A DNA stretch of 24,680 bases from a virus (IMGVR_UViG_3300038675_000256:1-24680); one strand, 5' to 3'; counted from the first letter of the stretch, positions 8,018-17,103 are shown. Program-made: numbers and translations. The notes: generated by a model from the letters alone, not told the origin.

Positions 8018-8084
8018 AGGGTTGCGTTGAGAACGGTTACTTCTACTTGCTTAAGAAAAATTACCGTTCTCGCTTGATCTCCCT
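8018..8084 (+). ncRNA. Minimal Y-RNA-like (Yrl-like) RNA, putative Ro-binding domain only
   Basis: AGGG/CCCT terminal stem, internal loop TTGCGTT/GCTTGATCT, 8-bp stem GAGAACGG/CCGTTCTC, then TTACTTC and a short hairpin. A paralogous domain sits at 8133-8188 and the Ro gene is adjacent. Confidence 0.7.
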
Positions 8085-8105
8085 TACCATCTTAAGATTA
8101 TCATT

Positions 8106-8230
8106 GTGGCTGTGGGGTAGCGGTTATCCTGATAAATTTCCGCCGTCGCCTAATCTCCCTCACGGGCTGCGAAGACAGCGGTTACTTCGCTCTGGACGAA
8201 TCGACCCGGGTTCAAATCCCGGCGGCCACA
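8106..8230 (+). ncRNA. tRNA-Gln(CUG) body with a ~53-nt Y-RNA-like domain inserted in the 5' anticodon-stem strand (tRNA/Y-RNA chimera)
   Basis: Acceptor GTGGCTG/CGGCCAC plus A; D arm GGG-TAGCGGTTAT-CCT; anticodon hairpin TTCG-CTCTGGA-CGAA; variable loop CGAC; T arm CCGGG-TTCAAAT-CCCGG. The insert 8133-8185 folds as CCGCCGTC/GACAGCGG and CCC/GGG. Confidence 0.8.
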
Positions 8231-8300
8231 TCCAGTAGAGCAAGTAGAATTCCGGTTGCCGATCTCCGGGATCCGGTTATTTTCAAATGAGACCCCAAGT

Positions 8301-9818
8301 ATGGGAAAACTTAACAAGAAAACCAGCATCGGAGAGAAGATCCTTTCACGTTCCGATGTGGCCCTCAATGAAGAGGGCGGTATTGCATTCCGACCAACTG
8401 CCAAGACTGAGCTGATGCTCCGGACAGTCAGTTCGTTGATTTCAGAGGACGGCTTCTATAAATCCGGCAAGGATCTGGATCAGGATCTTCAGAACCTCAT
8501 CTCAGGGATTGCATTTACGGAACCCGAGTTCATCCTGAAACTTGCCCTGTATGCTCGTACGCAGATGTACCTCCGGACGGCCCCCGTGGTGCTTATGGCA
8601 GAGTTCGCGCTTAGTGCTGGCCGCGGGAAGGTACCGAATGCCCGAAAGTATCTGGCCGCGACAATCCAGCGGGCAGACGAGATCACGGAACTGATCGCAT
8701 ACGTGATGGCGCAGAACAAAACCCGGAACGCCTACAAGGGCAAGATCCCGCAGATTGTCAAACATGCCGTAGCGGATGCCTTTGAGAAGTTCGATGCCTA
8801 TCAGCTGGCCAAGTACAACCGAGAAGGCGAAGTGACCCTCCGCGATGCCTTGTTCATGTCACACGCCAAGGCAACCGATAAGAACGCCGAGGCGCTGGAT
8901 GCACTCGTAAAGGGCACGCTTGCCCCGCCTGAGACATGGGAAGTTATGATCTCCACGAAGGGAAGCACGAAGGAGAACTGGGAGAGCGTAGCTCCAAAAA
9001 TGGGGTATATGGCTTTGCTCAGAAATCTCCGGAACTTCCTTGACAAAGGCGTTGAAATGAAACCAATCCTCACGCGGATCGCGGATCCCAAAGAGGTTGC
9101 CAAGTCCAAGCAGTTCCCGTACCGGTTCGTGAGCGCCTACAAGGAACTGGAAAACCGCAGCGATGCCAGCAAGACCCTTGATGCCCTTTCGGATGCCGTT
9201 GAGCTGAGCGTGCAGAACATCCCCGAGTTCACCGGCAAGACGTTCGTTACCTGCGACATCAGCGGATCCATGTCCTCAACGGTATCTGGGAAGTCCAAGA
9301 TGGAGATGCGAGAGATCGGGTGCCTGTTCGGTGCGATCATGCACAAAAAGAGCGAAGATTCGATTGTATCGGTATTCGCTACGGATCACGTTCCGGTCAG
9401 TCTCAGCTCCCGGGATTCGATCTTCACCAACATGAACAAAATGCTCCGGCAGAACACGCACGGATGTAACACGGATGCCTACAAGGTGATGAACTGGCTG
9501 AATGACAATAAGGTCTTTGTCGACCGGATCGTGCTGTTCAGCGACATGCAGTGCTATTCCAGCGATGCAAAATCATCATACCGGTACAATTCCACAGACA
9601 ACATTTACGCTGGTCTCGTGAAGTACCGGCAGACCGTCAACCCCAACGTGTTTGTCTACTCGTTTGATCTTGCCAACTACGGAACCACGCAGTTCCCGCA
9701 GGACGATTCCCGCGTATGCCTTGCAGGAGGATTCAGCGATAAGATCCTGTCGTTCATCCCAATGTTCGAGCGCAGCCGGGCGGATATGCTGGCTGAGATC
9801 GAATCAATCTCAATCTAA
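8301..9818 (+). CDS. rsr: Ro60/Rsr ribonucleoprotein (TROVE domain plus vWA domain)
   Basis: NEEGGIAF, PEFILKLALYAR..LRTAP, IQRADE, FDAYQLAKY, TLRDALFMSH, PETWE, MGYMALLRNLRN, SKQFPYRF; vWA MIDAS DISGSM, VLFSDMQ, GGFSDK. ATG 8301 preferred over TTG 8256. Confidence 0.95.
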   Translation: MGKLNKKTSIGEKILSRSDVALNEEGGIAFRPTAKTELMLRTVSSLISEDGFYKSGKDLDQDLQNLISGIAFTEPEFILKLALYARTQMYLRTAPVVLMAEFALSAGRGKVPNARKYLAATIQRADEITELIAYVMAQNKTRNAYKGKIPQIVKHAVADAFEKFDAYQLAKYNREGEVTLRDALFMSHAKATDKNAEALDALVKGTLAPPETWEVMISTKGSTKENWESVAPKMGYMALLRNLRNFLDKGVEMKPILTRIADPKEVAKSKQFPYRFVSAYKELENRSDASKTLDALSDAVELSVQNIPEFTGKTFVTCDISGSMSSTVSGKSKMEMREIGCLFGAIMHKKSEDSIVSVFATDHVPVSLSSRDSIFTNMNKMLRQNTHGCNTDAYKVMNWLNDNKVFVDRIVLFSDMQCYSSDAKSSYRYNSTDNIYAGLVKYRQTVNPNVFVYSFDLANYGTTQFPQDDSRVCLAGGFSDKILSFIPMFERSRADMLAEIESISI

Positions 9819-9823
9819 TTTTT

Positions 9824-9896
9824 GTTGCGGTAGGGTAGTGGCCTATCCTCGGGCGCTTGGGACGCTCGGACGCCGGTTCGACTCCGGCCCGTGACA
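9824..9896 (+). tRNA. tRNA-Pro(UGG)
   Basis: Acceptor GTTGCGG/CCGTGAC plus A; D arm GGG-TAGTGGCCTAT-CCT; anticodon arm GGGCG-CTTGGGA-CGCTC; T arm GCCGG-TTCGACT-CCGGC; starts 6 nt after the Ro stop codon. Confidence 0.9.
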
Positions 9897-9945
9897 TCCA
9901 TTTAACCGATATCTATATGTTACAGGCAGTTACAAACAATAATCC

Positions 9946-10194
9946 ATGCGAGAAATCGGAAAGGAGGGCCGTGTTGCTCGGCTCTCAAAAGCATCATGGA
10001 ATATTACCATTCCGTACGACTCTGATCCAAATCAGGCCATCCTGAAAATGCAGGCGCGGATCGCTGAGCTGGAGAACCAGAAGGCACCGGCGCCCGTGCA
10101 GCAAGCCGCGCACGGCTGTAACTTCGATGAGAAGAAACTAAAGGAAACGATCAAGGATGCTGTGGAGGAGGCCATAGCCCCATTCACCAGCTGA
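9946..10194 (+). CDS. Small coiled-coil hypothetical protein
   Basis: 82 aa; AILKMQARIAELEN heptads. Confidence 0.6.
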   Translation: MREIGKEGRVARLSKASWNITIPYDSDPNQAILKMQARIAELENQKAPAPVQQAAHGCNFDEKKLKETIKDAVEEAIAPFTS

Positions 10195-10360
10195 CGATCG
10201 ATCATGGAAATAAAAATCAGGAAACCCGGACGTATGCCCTCATCTCCATTATCTCTTGAGCCGTATCTTGAGATCCTGCGTGAGCATGTGACCGGGAGTA
10301 AGAAAGGCAGCATCAGAAAATATACCAAGATGAAAATCAAGAAACTCACGGAAGATCCAC

Positions 10361-11115
10361 ATGCCACGGAAACCCAAAGCCGTAAGAAAAGAGGAGCCGG
10401 TATCCCCGGCAAACCCTCCCCAGCCTGAATATTTAAATCTCCCTCCGATTGTTCCAAGAATATGTGAATACTGTGGAACAACGTTTGAAGTACCGCGACA
10501 ACAAGTGATAAAAGGAAGGGGGAAATTTTGCTCAGGGTGTTGTAGGGCTAAAGCACAATCGGCCACCATTATAAATTATAACAAATCGGAAATATGCCGT
10601 GAGAGAACAGCATTGCGTAATAAAGACCCAGCATTCAGAAAGAAAGTATCGGCTGGGTTAAAAAAGAGAAAAGAACGGCTTGGTGATGATTATCATTCAG
10701 TTTCGGCAAAAGCAAAGATCGGCAATGCTACAAAGGCTCGTTGGAATGACGTTCGTTCAAAGATTCTGCCCGTTTTAATTTGGAATGGCCAATCTTTACG
10801 AAAGAAAGATAACTTCCCATACGGCCATCAATGGAGATTCGTGAGCAAAAAAGCAAGAGAATTATCAAAATATTGTTTCAGATGTCTATCAAGTAAAAAT
10901 CTAGTTGTACATCATATTATCCCGGCTAGATTTGGGGGCAAAGCGGAATTAAACAATGCACTAGTTTTGTGTTCTCATTGTCACCCGACAGTTGATCGGC
11001 AAGCTCTTATTTTGTATGATATATTTAAAGACTGGGAGAAAACACGGGCGCTCCTCAAGGAACGGATTGCGCCAGTTGCTACTATAGCAATCGCAAAAAC
11101 AGTTTATGGGAGTAC

Positions 11116-11119
<4 letters not shown>
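10361..11119 (+). CDS. HNH endonuclease with an N-terminal Zn finger and basic DNA-binding repeats (homing-endonuclease-like)
   Basis: CEYCG..FCSGCC; CFRC...LVVHHIIPARFGGKAELNNALVLCSHCH; visibly more AT-rich than its flanks. Confidence 0.85.
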
Positions 11120-12380
<1,261 letters not shown>

Positions 12381-12384
<4 letters not shown>

Positions 12385-12551
12385 CACAGGGTCCGACTCT
12401 TGCAGACACGACCGGTACCCGCCGGCTCCGTAAACTCCAAGAACGCAGCAAGCATATAGACGAGCAGATGCGGGAACTGGCGGATAAGAAAGAGATCATT
12501 GAGCACGAGATCCGGCAGATCAGGAAGGAAATATTACAGGTGAAAGAATGA
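12381..12551 (+). CDS. Small coiled-coil protein (56 aa)
   Basis: GGTGA RBS, ATGA overlaps at both ends; RKLQERSKHIDEQMRELADKKEIIEHEIRQIRKE. Confidence 0.6.
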
Positions 12552-13024
12552 CAAAAAACGATGCTAATCTAATGCAACCGGGACGTGCGTTTGTCCCGCA
12601 AGGAATGAAAGACGAACAAGTAAAGAACGGTGGGGAGGGTTCGGGAAACTTCGGTCATTCCGGACGGCCCGGGGAAGTTGGGGGATCTGGTGACGGCGGA
12701 ATATCAAAAGAGACAAAAACCATCGGAAAAGGTATCAAACAAGAGATATATTCAATTGATACTGTAAAGGGATCAGAATTACAGATTGTAACTAACGATT
12801 TGGGACAGAGATCCGTTGCCACCTTTTTAATCCCAAAATCTGAACAGGGTAAAGGATACGGGCAGTCTTTATTACTCCATGCCCTTAAAGAGGGGGATAT
12901 TCGTGCATCGTCAACTGGTGGGGTCAGTGATGCTTATCAGCGTGTTCAGGACAAACTCGTAACAAAAGGACTTGCTCATATTGTAAAAGATGAATATGAT
13001 GTAAAGTTCCTTAAAGCGAAATAA
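12548..13024 (+). CDS. Tagged GNAT-like acetyltransferase (NDANLMQPG leader plus GGEGSGNFGH.GRPGEVGGSG motif)
   Basis: GNAT motif A IPKSEQGKGYGQSLL; N-terminal region shared with ORF 17096. Confidence 0.7.
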   Translation: MTKNDANLMQPGRAFVPQGMKDEQVKNGGEGSGNFGHSGRPGEVGGSGDGGISKETKTIGKGIKQEIYSIDTVKGSELQIVTNDLGQRSVATFLIPKSEQGKGYGQSLLLHALKEGDIRASSTGGVSDAYQRVQDKLVTKGLAHIVKDEYDVKFLKAK

Positions 13025-13041
13025 ATTGTTACAGGTGAGAA

Positions 13042-13128
13042 ATGCCCGAAAATACTAAATATTGCGATCCCTGTGAGAGAACAGAACCGGAATGCGGAGA
13101 ATGTCAAGGAAGGGAGTGCCTGCGATGA
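13042..13128 (+). CDS. Tiny Cys-rich peptide (28 aa)
   Basis: AGGTGA RBS; MPENTKYCDPCERTEPECGECQGRECLR; ATGA overlap with the next gene. Confidence 0.45.
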   Translation: MPENTKYCDPCERTEPECGECQGRECLR

Positions 13129-13412
13129 GCAACCGTGAATTATCATTAGCCAACGCAATAGCACACGGGGAAGAGATCGGATATACAATCTTTTTCCGGT
13201 GCGAGAACTGCGGGCACGGTCTTTTTCAGGTTATTGGGGCAACCGAGAAAAAGAGCAATCATCATGAAGATATTATCATTGAACGCAATTATTACCTGAA
13301 ATGTACCCGATGTGGATCAGAAGAAGCGGATCGCGTAATGACAATTATACCTTCATGGTCAGCGCCGCTTATCGACAGGGATACGTTACCCGTATTGAAC
13401 CCCAATGAGTGA
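13125..13412 (+). CDS. Zn-ribbon protein
   Basis: CENCG...CTRCG; GGGAGTG RBS before ATG 13125. Confidence 0.65.
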   Translation: MSNRELSLANAIAHGEEIGYTIFFRCENCGHGLFQVIGATEKKSNHHEDIIIERNYYLKCTRCGSEEADRVMTIIPSWSAPLIDRDTLPVLNPNE

Positions 13413-13428
13413 ATGTTACAGGTGAGAA

Positions 13429-14040
13429 ATGCCCGAACCGTGGGAACGCCAATCCGCAGAAACAAACAAGGCATGGAACGCCTTTCGCATTTACCGCGAT
13501 ATGGATCCGGCTGAACGGTCAACGGAGAAAGTGCGGAAAGTTATCGGCTGTAACACTGCCCGGCATCTTGAAACGTGGTCATCACAATACGATTGGGTAT
13601 CCCGGGCCGGTGCCTACGACGCCCATATGGACGAACTCAAGCGGAACCAGCGGGAGCGGGAGCGGCTGGCGGCATCCGAGCGGCGGATCCAGTTAGCCAA
13701 GAACATGCAGCTGGTGGGCGGTGCCAAGATACAGGAGATCGGCAAGAAGATCCAAGACGCTCTCTCGAAGGGCGAGGCGTTACCGGCGATATCATTGAAG
13801 GACGCTGCGGCCCTGATCGACGCCGGGGTCAAGTTGGAGAGGTTGGAGGCGGGCCTGACCACGGGGAATACCGGTCTGATGGGTGCGGATGGCGGGCCCG
13901 TGAAGGTCGTACATACCTACGTGCTGGTGGATGGCGTGAAGCCTCCGATGAAAGAAATTCCGGCCCCACAGGAAGCCGCAATTACCAAAAGTCCCGAGAG
14001 AATTTTGAGCATTAAGCGAAAGGAGCCTGAAACGGAGTGA
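13429..14040 (+). CDS. terS: Terminase small subunit (probable)
   Basis: PWERQ..E...AWNAF..YRD and WS..YDW..RA.AYD HTH-type N-terminus, coiled coil, GADGGP tail; directly upstream of terL. Confidence 0.72.
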   Translation: MPEPWERQSAETNKAWNAFRIYRDMDPAERSTEKVRKVIGCNTARHLETWSSQYDWVSRAGAYDAHMDELKRNQRERERLAASERRIQLAKNMQLVGGAKIQEIGKKIQDALSKGEALPAISLKDAAALIDAGVKLERLEAGLTTGNTGLMGADGGPVKVVHTYVLVDGVKPPMKEIPAPQEAAITKSPERILSIKRKEPETE

Positions 14041-14046
14041 TCTGAA

Positions 14047-15324
14047 CTGCAAGAGTTACTACCGGGAGCCGGCCCCAATCCCCGCGTTCGGAAGTTCTGG
14101 GATTTCTTCCGGGATAATCAGGATGTCGAAGAGTATATCCTGTATGGCGGATCCGGGGGGAGTAAAAGCCATTCAACCTGCCAGTATCTTGTAGAACTGC
14201 TGTTTACGGTTCCTGACATTACCATCCTCGTTACCCGCAAGACCCGCCCGGCGCTGAAGGCAACCACATGGCTGATGGTCTTAGATATACTGGATGCTGA
14301 TGGGTATGAGGTCGATAAGGATTACACGCTGAATAAAACTGATCTGGAAGTTCATGCCGGTAATAACGTCATGCGGTTTACCGGACTGGACGATCCGCAG
14401 AAACTCAAATCATCCAGTTACAATTACGCTTACATCGAAGAGATCACCGAATTCTCATCCGATGACCTGTTCTTTATCACTAACACGCTCCGCCGGCCCC
14501 GGACGGATGGGAAGAAAAACCAGTTGTTCATGACCTTCAACCCCGTTGCCGAATCTCATTGGGTATGGCAGGAAAAGGTCTTGGCGCGTGATCCGGTAAA
14601 GTCTGCGTTAGTCCACAGCACACATTGGGACAATCCCTTTTTGCCGGATAGTTACCGTCAGAATCTTGAAGGGTTGGTCTCAAAGAACGTGAACCTGTAC
14701 CGTGTCTATACGCTCGGTGAGCCCGGAGTGCTGGAAGAGTTAATCTACAGCAACTACGATATCGTCCGGAACTATGACGAGATCGAACCGGAATCATTAA
14801 GTTACGGGCTGGATTTCGGGTTTAACCATCCGACGGCGCTGGTAGAGTGTAAGATGCGGGACGGAGAGCCGTATATCCGGGAACTCATTTACCAATCGCA
14901 CCTGACGAATACGCAACTGATCGATCTCATTAAGCAGCGGGTGCCGGATACGAAGAAACGGTTCTATTGTGATTCCGCCGAACCGGCCCGCATCCAAGAG
15001 CTGAGGATGGCGGGGATTAATGCAATGCCGGCTGAGAAGAACGTGATTGATGGGATCAACCATCTCAAGACGCTGAAACTCCACATTGATTATCACTCCC
15101 CGAACCTTCAGAAAGAGATCCGGCAGTATTCTTACGTCAAGAAAGGGGATATCGTGCTGGAAGAGCCGGTTAAGTTCTATGACGATGCGCTGGACGCCAG
15201 CCGGTACGTTATCTTCTCGCAGCGCATGACAGGACGGCAGCCGTTCCGGTCAGCGGAGATTAAACGGGCGCTGAACCCCAGTGTTACAGCCCTGAAATTC
15301 AAGTTCGGTCAGGTTGGCCGATAG
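14047..15324 (+). CDS. terL: Terminase large subunit (PBSX-like); start probably non-canonical (CTG 14047)
   Basis: Walker A LYGGSGGSKS lies upstream of the track ATG (14275); Walker B YAYIEE, TFNP, STHWDNPFL; nuclease motifs GLDFGF, DSAEP, DDALDASRY. Confidence 0.92.
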   Translation: MQELLPGAGPNPRVRKFWDFFRDNQDVEEYILYGGSGGSKSHSTCQYLVELLFTVPDITILVTRKTRPALKATTWLMVLDILDADGYEVDKDYTLNKTDLEVHAGNNVMRFTGLDDPQKLKSSSYNYAYIEEITEFSSDDLFFITNTLRRPRTDGKKNQLFMTFNPVAESHWVWQEKVLARDPVKSALVHSTHWDNPFLPDSYRQNLEGLVSKNVNLYRVYTLGEPGVLEELIYSNYDIVRNYDEIEPESLSYGLDFGFNHPTALVECKMRDGEPYIRELIYQSHLTNTQLIDLIKQRVPDTKKRFYCDSAEPARIQELRMAGINAMPAEKNVIDGINHLKTLKLHIDYHSPNLQKEIRQYSYVKKGDIVLEEPVKFYDDALDASRYVIFSQRMTGRQPFRSAEIKRALNPSVTALKFKFGQVGR

Positions 15325-15355
15325 CATTAAGTCACAATGCACAAAAGGAGAAACA

Positions 15356-16060
15356 ATGCAGGCAGGATCAATTCTCGGATTAAACAGCAAAGAAGGCATA
15401 GAGACGTGTGACGGCGAATCCTTCCGGTTTCATATCCCGTGGAAAGGTACATTGAGGATGGCGCTCAAGCTGGTCAAGATTCCGCAGGAGTGGACGACCG
15501 GCCTAACGGGCAATGCAAAGATCCTCTGGGAGATCTGCGTGGAGGATTACAAGCGGTGCGAAGGCAAGACGCAGGCCGGCGATCAGCTCGGTGCCAGTGA
15601 CGCACCCGCCGCCCAGCATCGCTTTGATATTCTCAGTAAAGTCATTCCAGCCGGCATCCTGATCTATTTCCAAGATTCCGCGTACCGGGAAGTCGGGGAT
15701 CGGATGCTCTACCTGATCATCCAAAATGCACATCGGTTCAAGTTCCCGCCACATCATCTTGACCCGGACTGCTGGTATAAGGACGCCTTAGAGGATCGGC
15801 CTGCTGGCCGGTTGACGCTTGGTATGGTAATCCCCGCCGACCAGATCCTTGCCGCCGACGACAAAGGGATTCTCGTCAGGGAGATCCTGCCGCCCAAGAA
15901 GTATTTCGCCGGGATTGAAGGCGTGGATCATTGGGTCGGTATCAACTCCAACCTGCCGATGTGGGTAAGCACCAAGGAAGGCGGCGGCTGGCTCTACCGG
16001 ATCCACACAGTCTATGGAACGCAAGAGGAACTTCAGAAAAAGACATTATTAGGAGAGTAA
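15356..16060 (+). CDS. Hypothetical protein
   Basis: AGGAGA RBS before ATG 15356; no motif recognised. Confidence 0.65.
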   Translation: MQAGSILGLNSKEGIETCDGESFRFHIPWKGTLRMALKLVKIPQEWTTGLTGNAKILWEICVEDYKRCEGKTQAGDQLGASDAPAAQHRFDILSKVIPAGILIYFQDSAYREVGDRMLYLIIQNAHRFKFPPHHLDPDCWYKDALEDRPAGRLTLGMVIPADQILAADDKGILVREILPPKKYFAGIEGVDHWVGINSNLPMWVSTKEGGGWLYRIHTVYGTQEELQKKTLLGE

Positions 16061-16476
16061 TGATGAAACGCATTGAAATTATTGGGAATAAGCAAAATGC
16101 TTACAGTGAATTTGACGGAAGGGAAATTCTTAATGTTACCATTTCAAACGATGAGACTCTGGGGCAGATTACGAGGTGGAAACTCACCTTTGATGAGCTA
16201 TGGTCATTGCTTGAACTGGGAGTCCTCCCGAAAGATGCTGACGCGAAGATCGAGAACAAAGATCCGTGGAAGCACCGGTCATGCGGAATGAAGTGCCGGA
16301 CATGCATGTTCTGTGTCATAAAAGAAAAGCAATGCCTTTCAAGTGATCCAGAACGACCCGATGTAAAAGTTGGCCGGTGCCGCCGCCATGCTCCCACAAT
16401 GAACGGCTATCCTGTCGTCTTTGAAGACGACTGGTGCGGGGATCACAAACTCGATGAGAACAAGGTGCAGCTATGA
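16060..16476 (+). CDS. Protein with a C-terminal Cys cluster (HiPIP-like Fe-S or Zn site)
   Basis: CRTCMFC...GRCRRHAP...YPVVFEDDWCGDH; AGGAGAG RBS. Confidence 0.6.
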   Translation: MMKRIEIIGNKQNAYSEFDGREILNVTISNDETLGQITRWKLTFDELWSLLELGVLPKDADAKIENKDPWKHRSCGMKCRTCMFCVIKEKQCLSSDPERPDVKVGRCRRHAPTMNGYPVVFEDDWCGDHKLDENKVQL

Positions 16477-16757
16477 CCGGCCACTTCGATAAGGGCAAGT
16501 GGATTCAGGATTCCCCCGATCCCTTCCACCCATTCCTCCGGATTGAATTCTATGCGGGCGTGCAGGAAGGCAAACAGGTCATTGTCACGCAGGGCCAGAT
16601 CCGGGATCTCGGGCCGTATGGGAAACCCGGGACGCCTATTCACCGCTATACGGTACGCAGCATTGCGGCCATCCAAGCAGAGGCGGGGCGGCAGCCGGCT
16701 GATGAGACCAAGGCGCTCGAACAGGAGATCACGGCGATGCTGAAGGAGATCGGATGA
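16473..16757 (+). CDS. Hypothetical protein
   Basis: AGGTG RBS; ATGA overlaps. Confidence 0.6.
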   Translation: MTGHFDKGKWIQDSPDPFHPFLRIEFYAGVQEGKQVIVTQGQIRDLGPYGKPGTPIHRYTVRSIAAIQAEAGRQPADETKALEQEITAMLKEIG

Positions 16758-16960
16758 ATCTATCGACAATTCCCACAACAGAATTACAAGAGGAGCTTGA
16801 GCGGCGCGAGGGCGTGTTCATGCGAGGCGGATATAAGCACCGTCTGGGTTGCGATTCATCATCTGTAAATCCGGTTACAGAGTGGGCCGGTGGATCTGAA
16901 GTGATAATAACGGCATATAAATGCCCAAAATGTGGGATGGTAACGAAGGTGCGGCAATGA
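16754..16960 (+). CDS. Small Zn-ribbon-like protein
   Basis: AGGAGA RBS; HRLGC...YKCPKCG. Confidence 0.6.
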   Translation: MNLSTIPTTELQEELERREGVFMRGGYKHRLGCDSSSVNPVTEWAGGSEVIITAYKCPKCGMVTKVRQ

Positions 16961-17103
16961 TCTCGCAGGGTTCGATCGCGGAGATCACCGTACCGGTCAG
17001 CATCAAACCCACGGTCGAACATCGGCGGGAACGCATACGGGTTGATGTTCAGCCCGGGAACAGAAGTCTGATTGTTGAAAAGGATGGTAGTATCCATGAG
17101 TGA
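16957..17103 (+). CDS. Small hypothetical protein (48 aa)
   Basis: AGGTG RBS; ATGA overlap. Confidence 0.5.
   Translation: MISQGSIAEITVPVSIKPTVEHRRERIRVDVQPGNRSLIVEKDGSIHE

Larger units (their letters stand above)
13027..13437 (+). repeat. 24-bp direct repeat TGTTACAGGTGAGAAATGCCCGAA (13027-13050 and 13414-13437) flanking two small ORFs
   Basis: Exact match; each copy contains the octamer, an RBS and ATG-CCC-GAA. Confidence 0.9.

Noticed and set aside
8133-8185. Insert in tRNA-Gln as a non-canonical tRNA intron
   Set aside because: I could not build a bulge-helix-bulge at either junction, and the insert is paralogous to the free-standing RNA at 8018-8084.
7596-8238. Track ORFs 7596..7778 and 8047..8238, and likewise 9652..9894 and 9857..10045
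   Set aside because: They overlap well-formed RNA genes or the Ro gene and show no RBS or protein motifs.
8256-8300. TTG start for the Ro gene
   Set aside because: TROVE-like sequence begins at MGKLN (ATG 8301), and the extension has no supporting RBS.
10204-10428. 74-aa basic ORF upstream of the HNH gene
   Set aside because: It overlaps the HNH ORF by 68 nt and has no motif. It may be real, but I cannot decide between this ORF and the 10361 start, so I did not call it.
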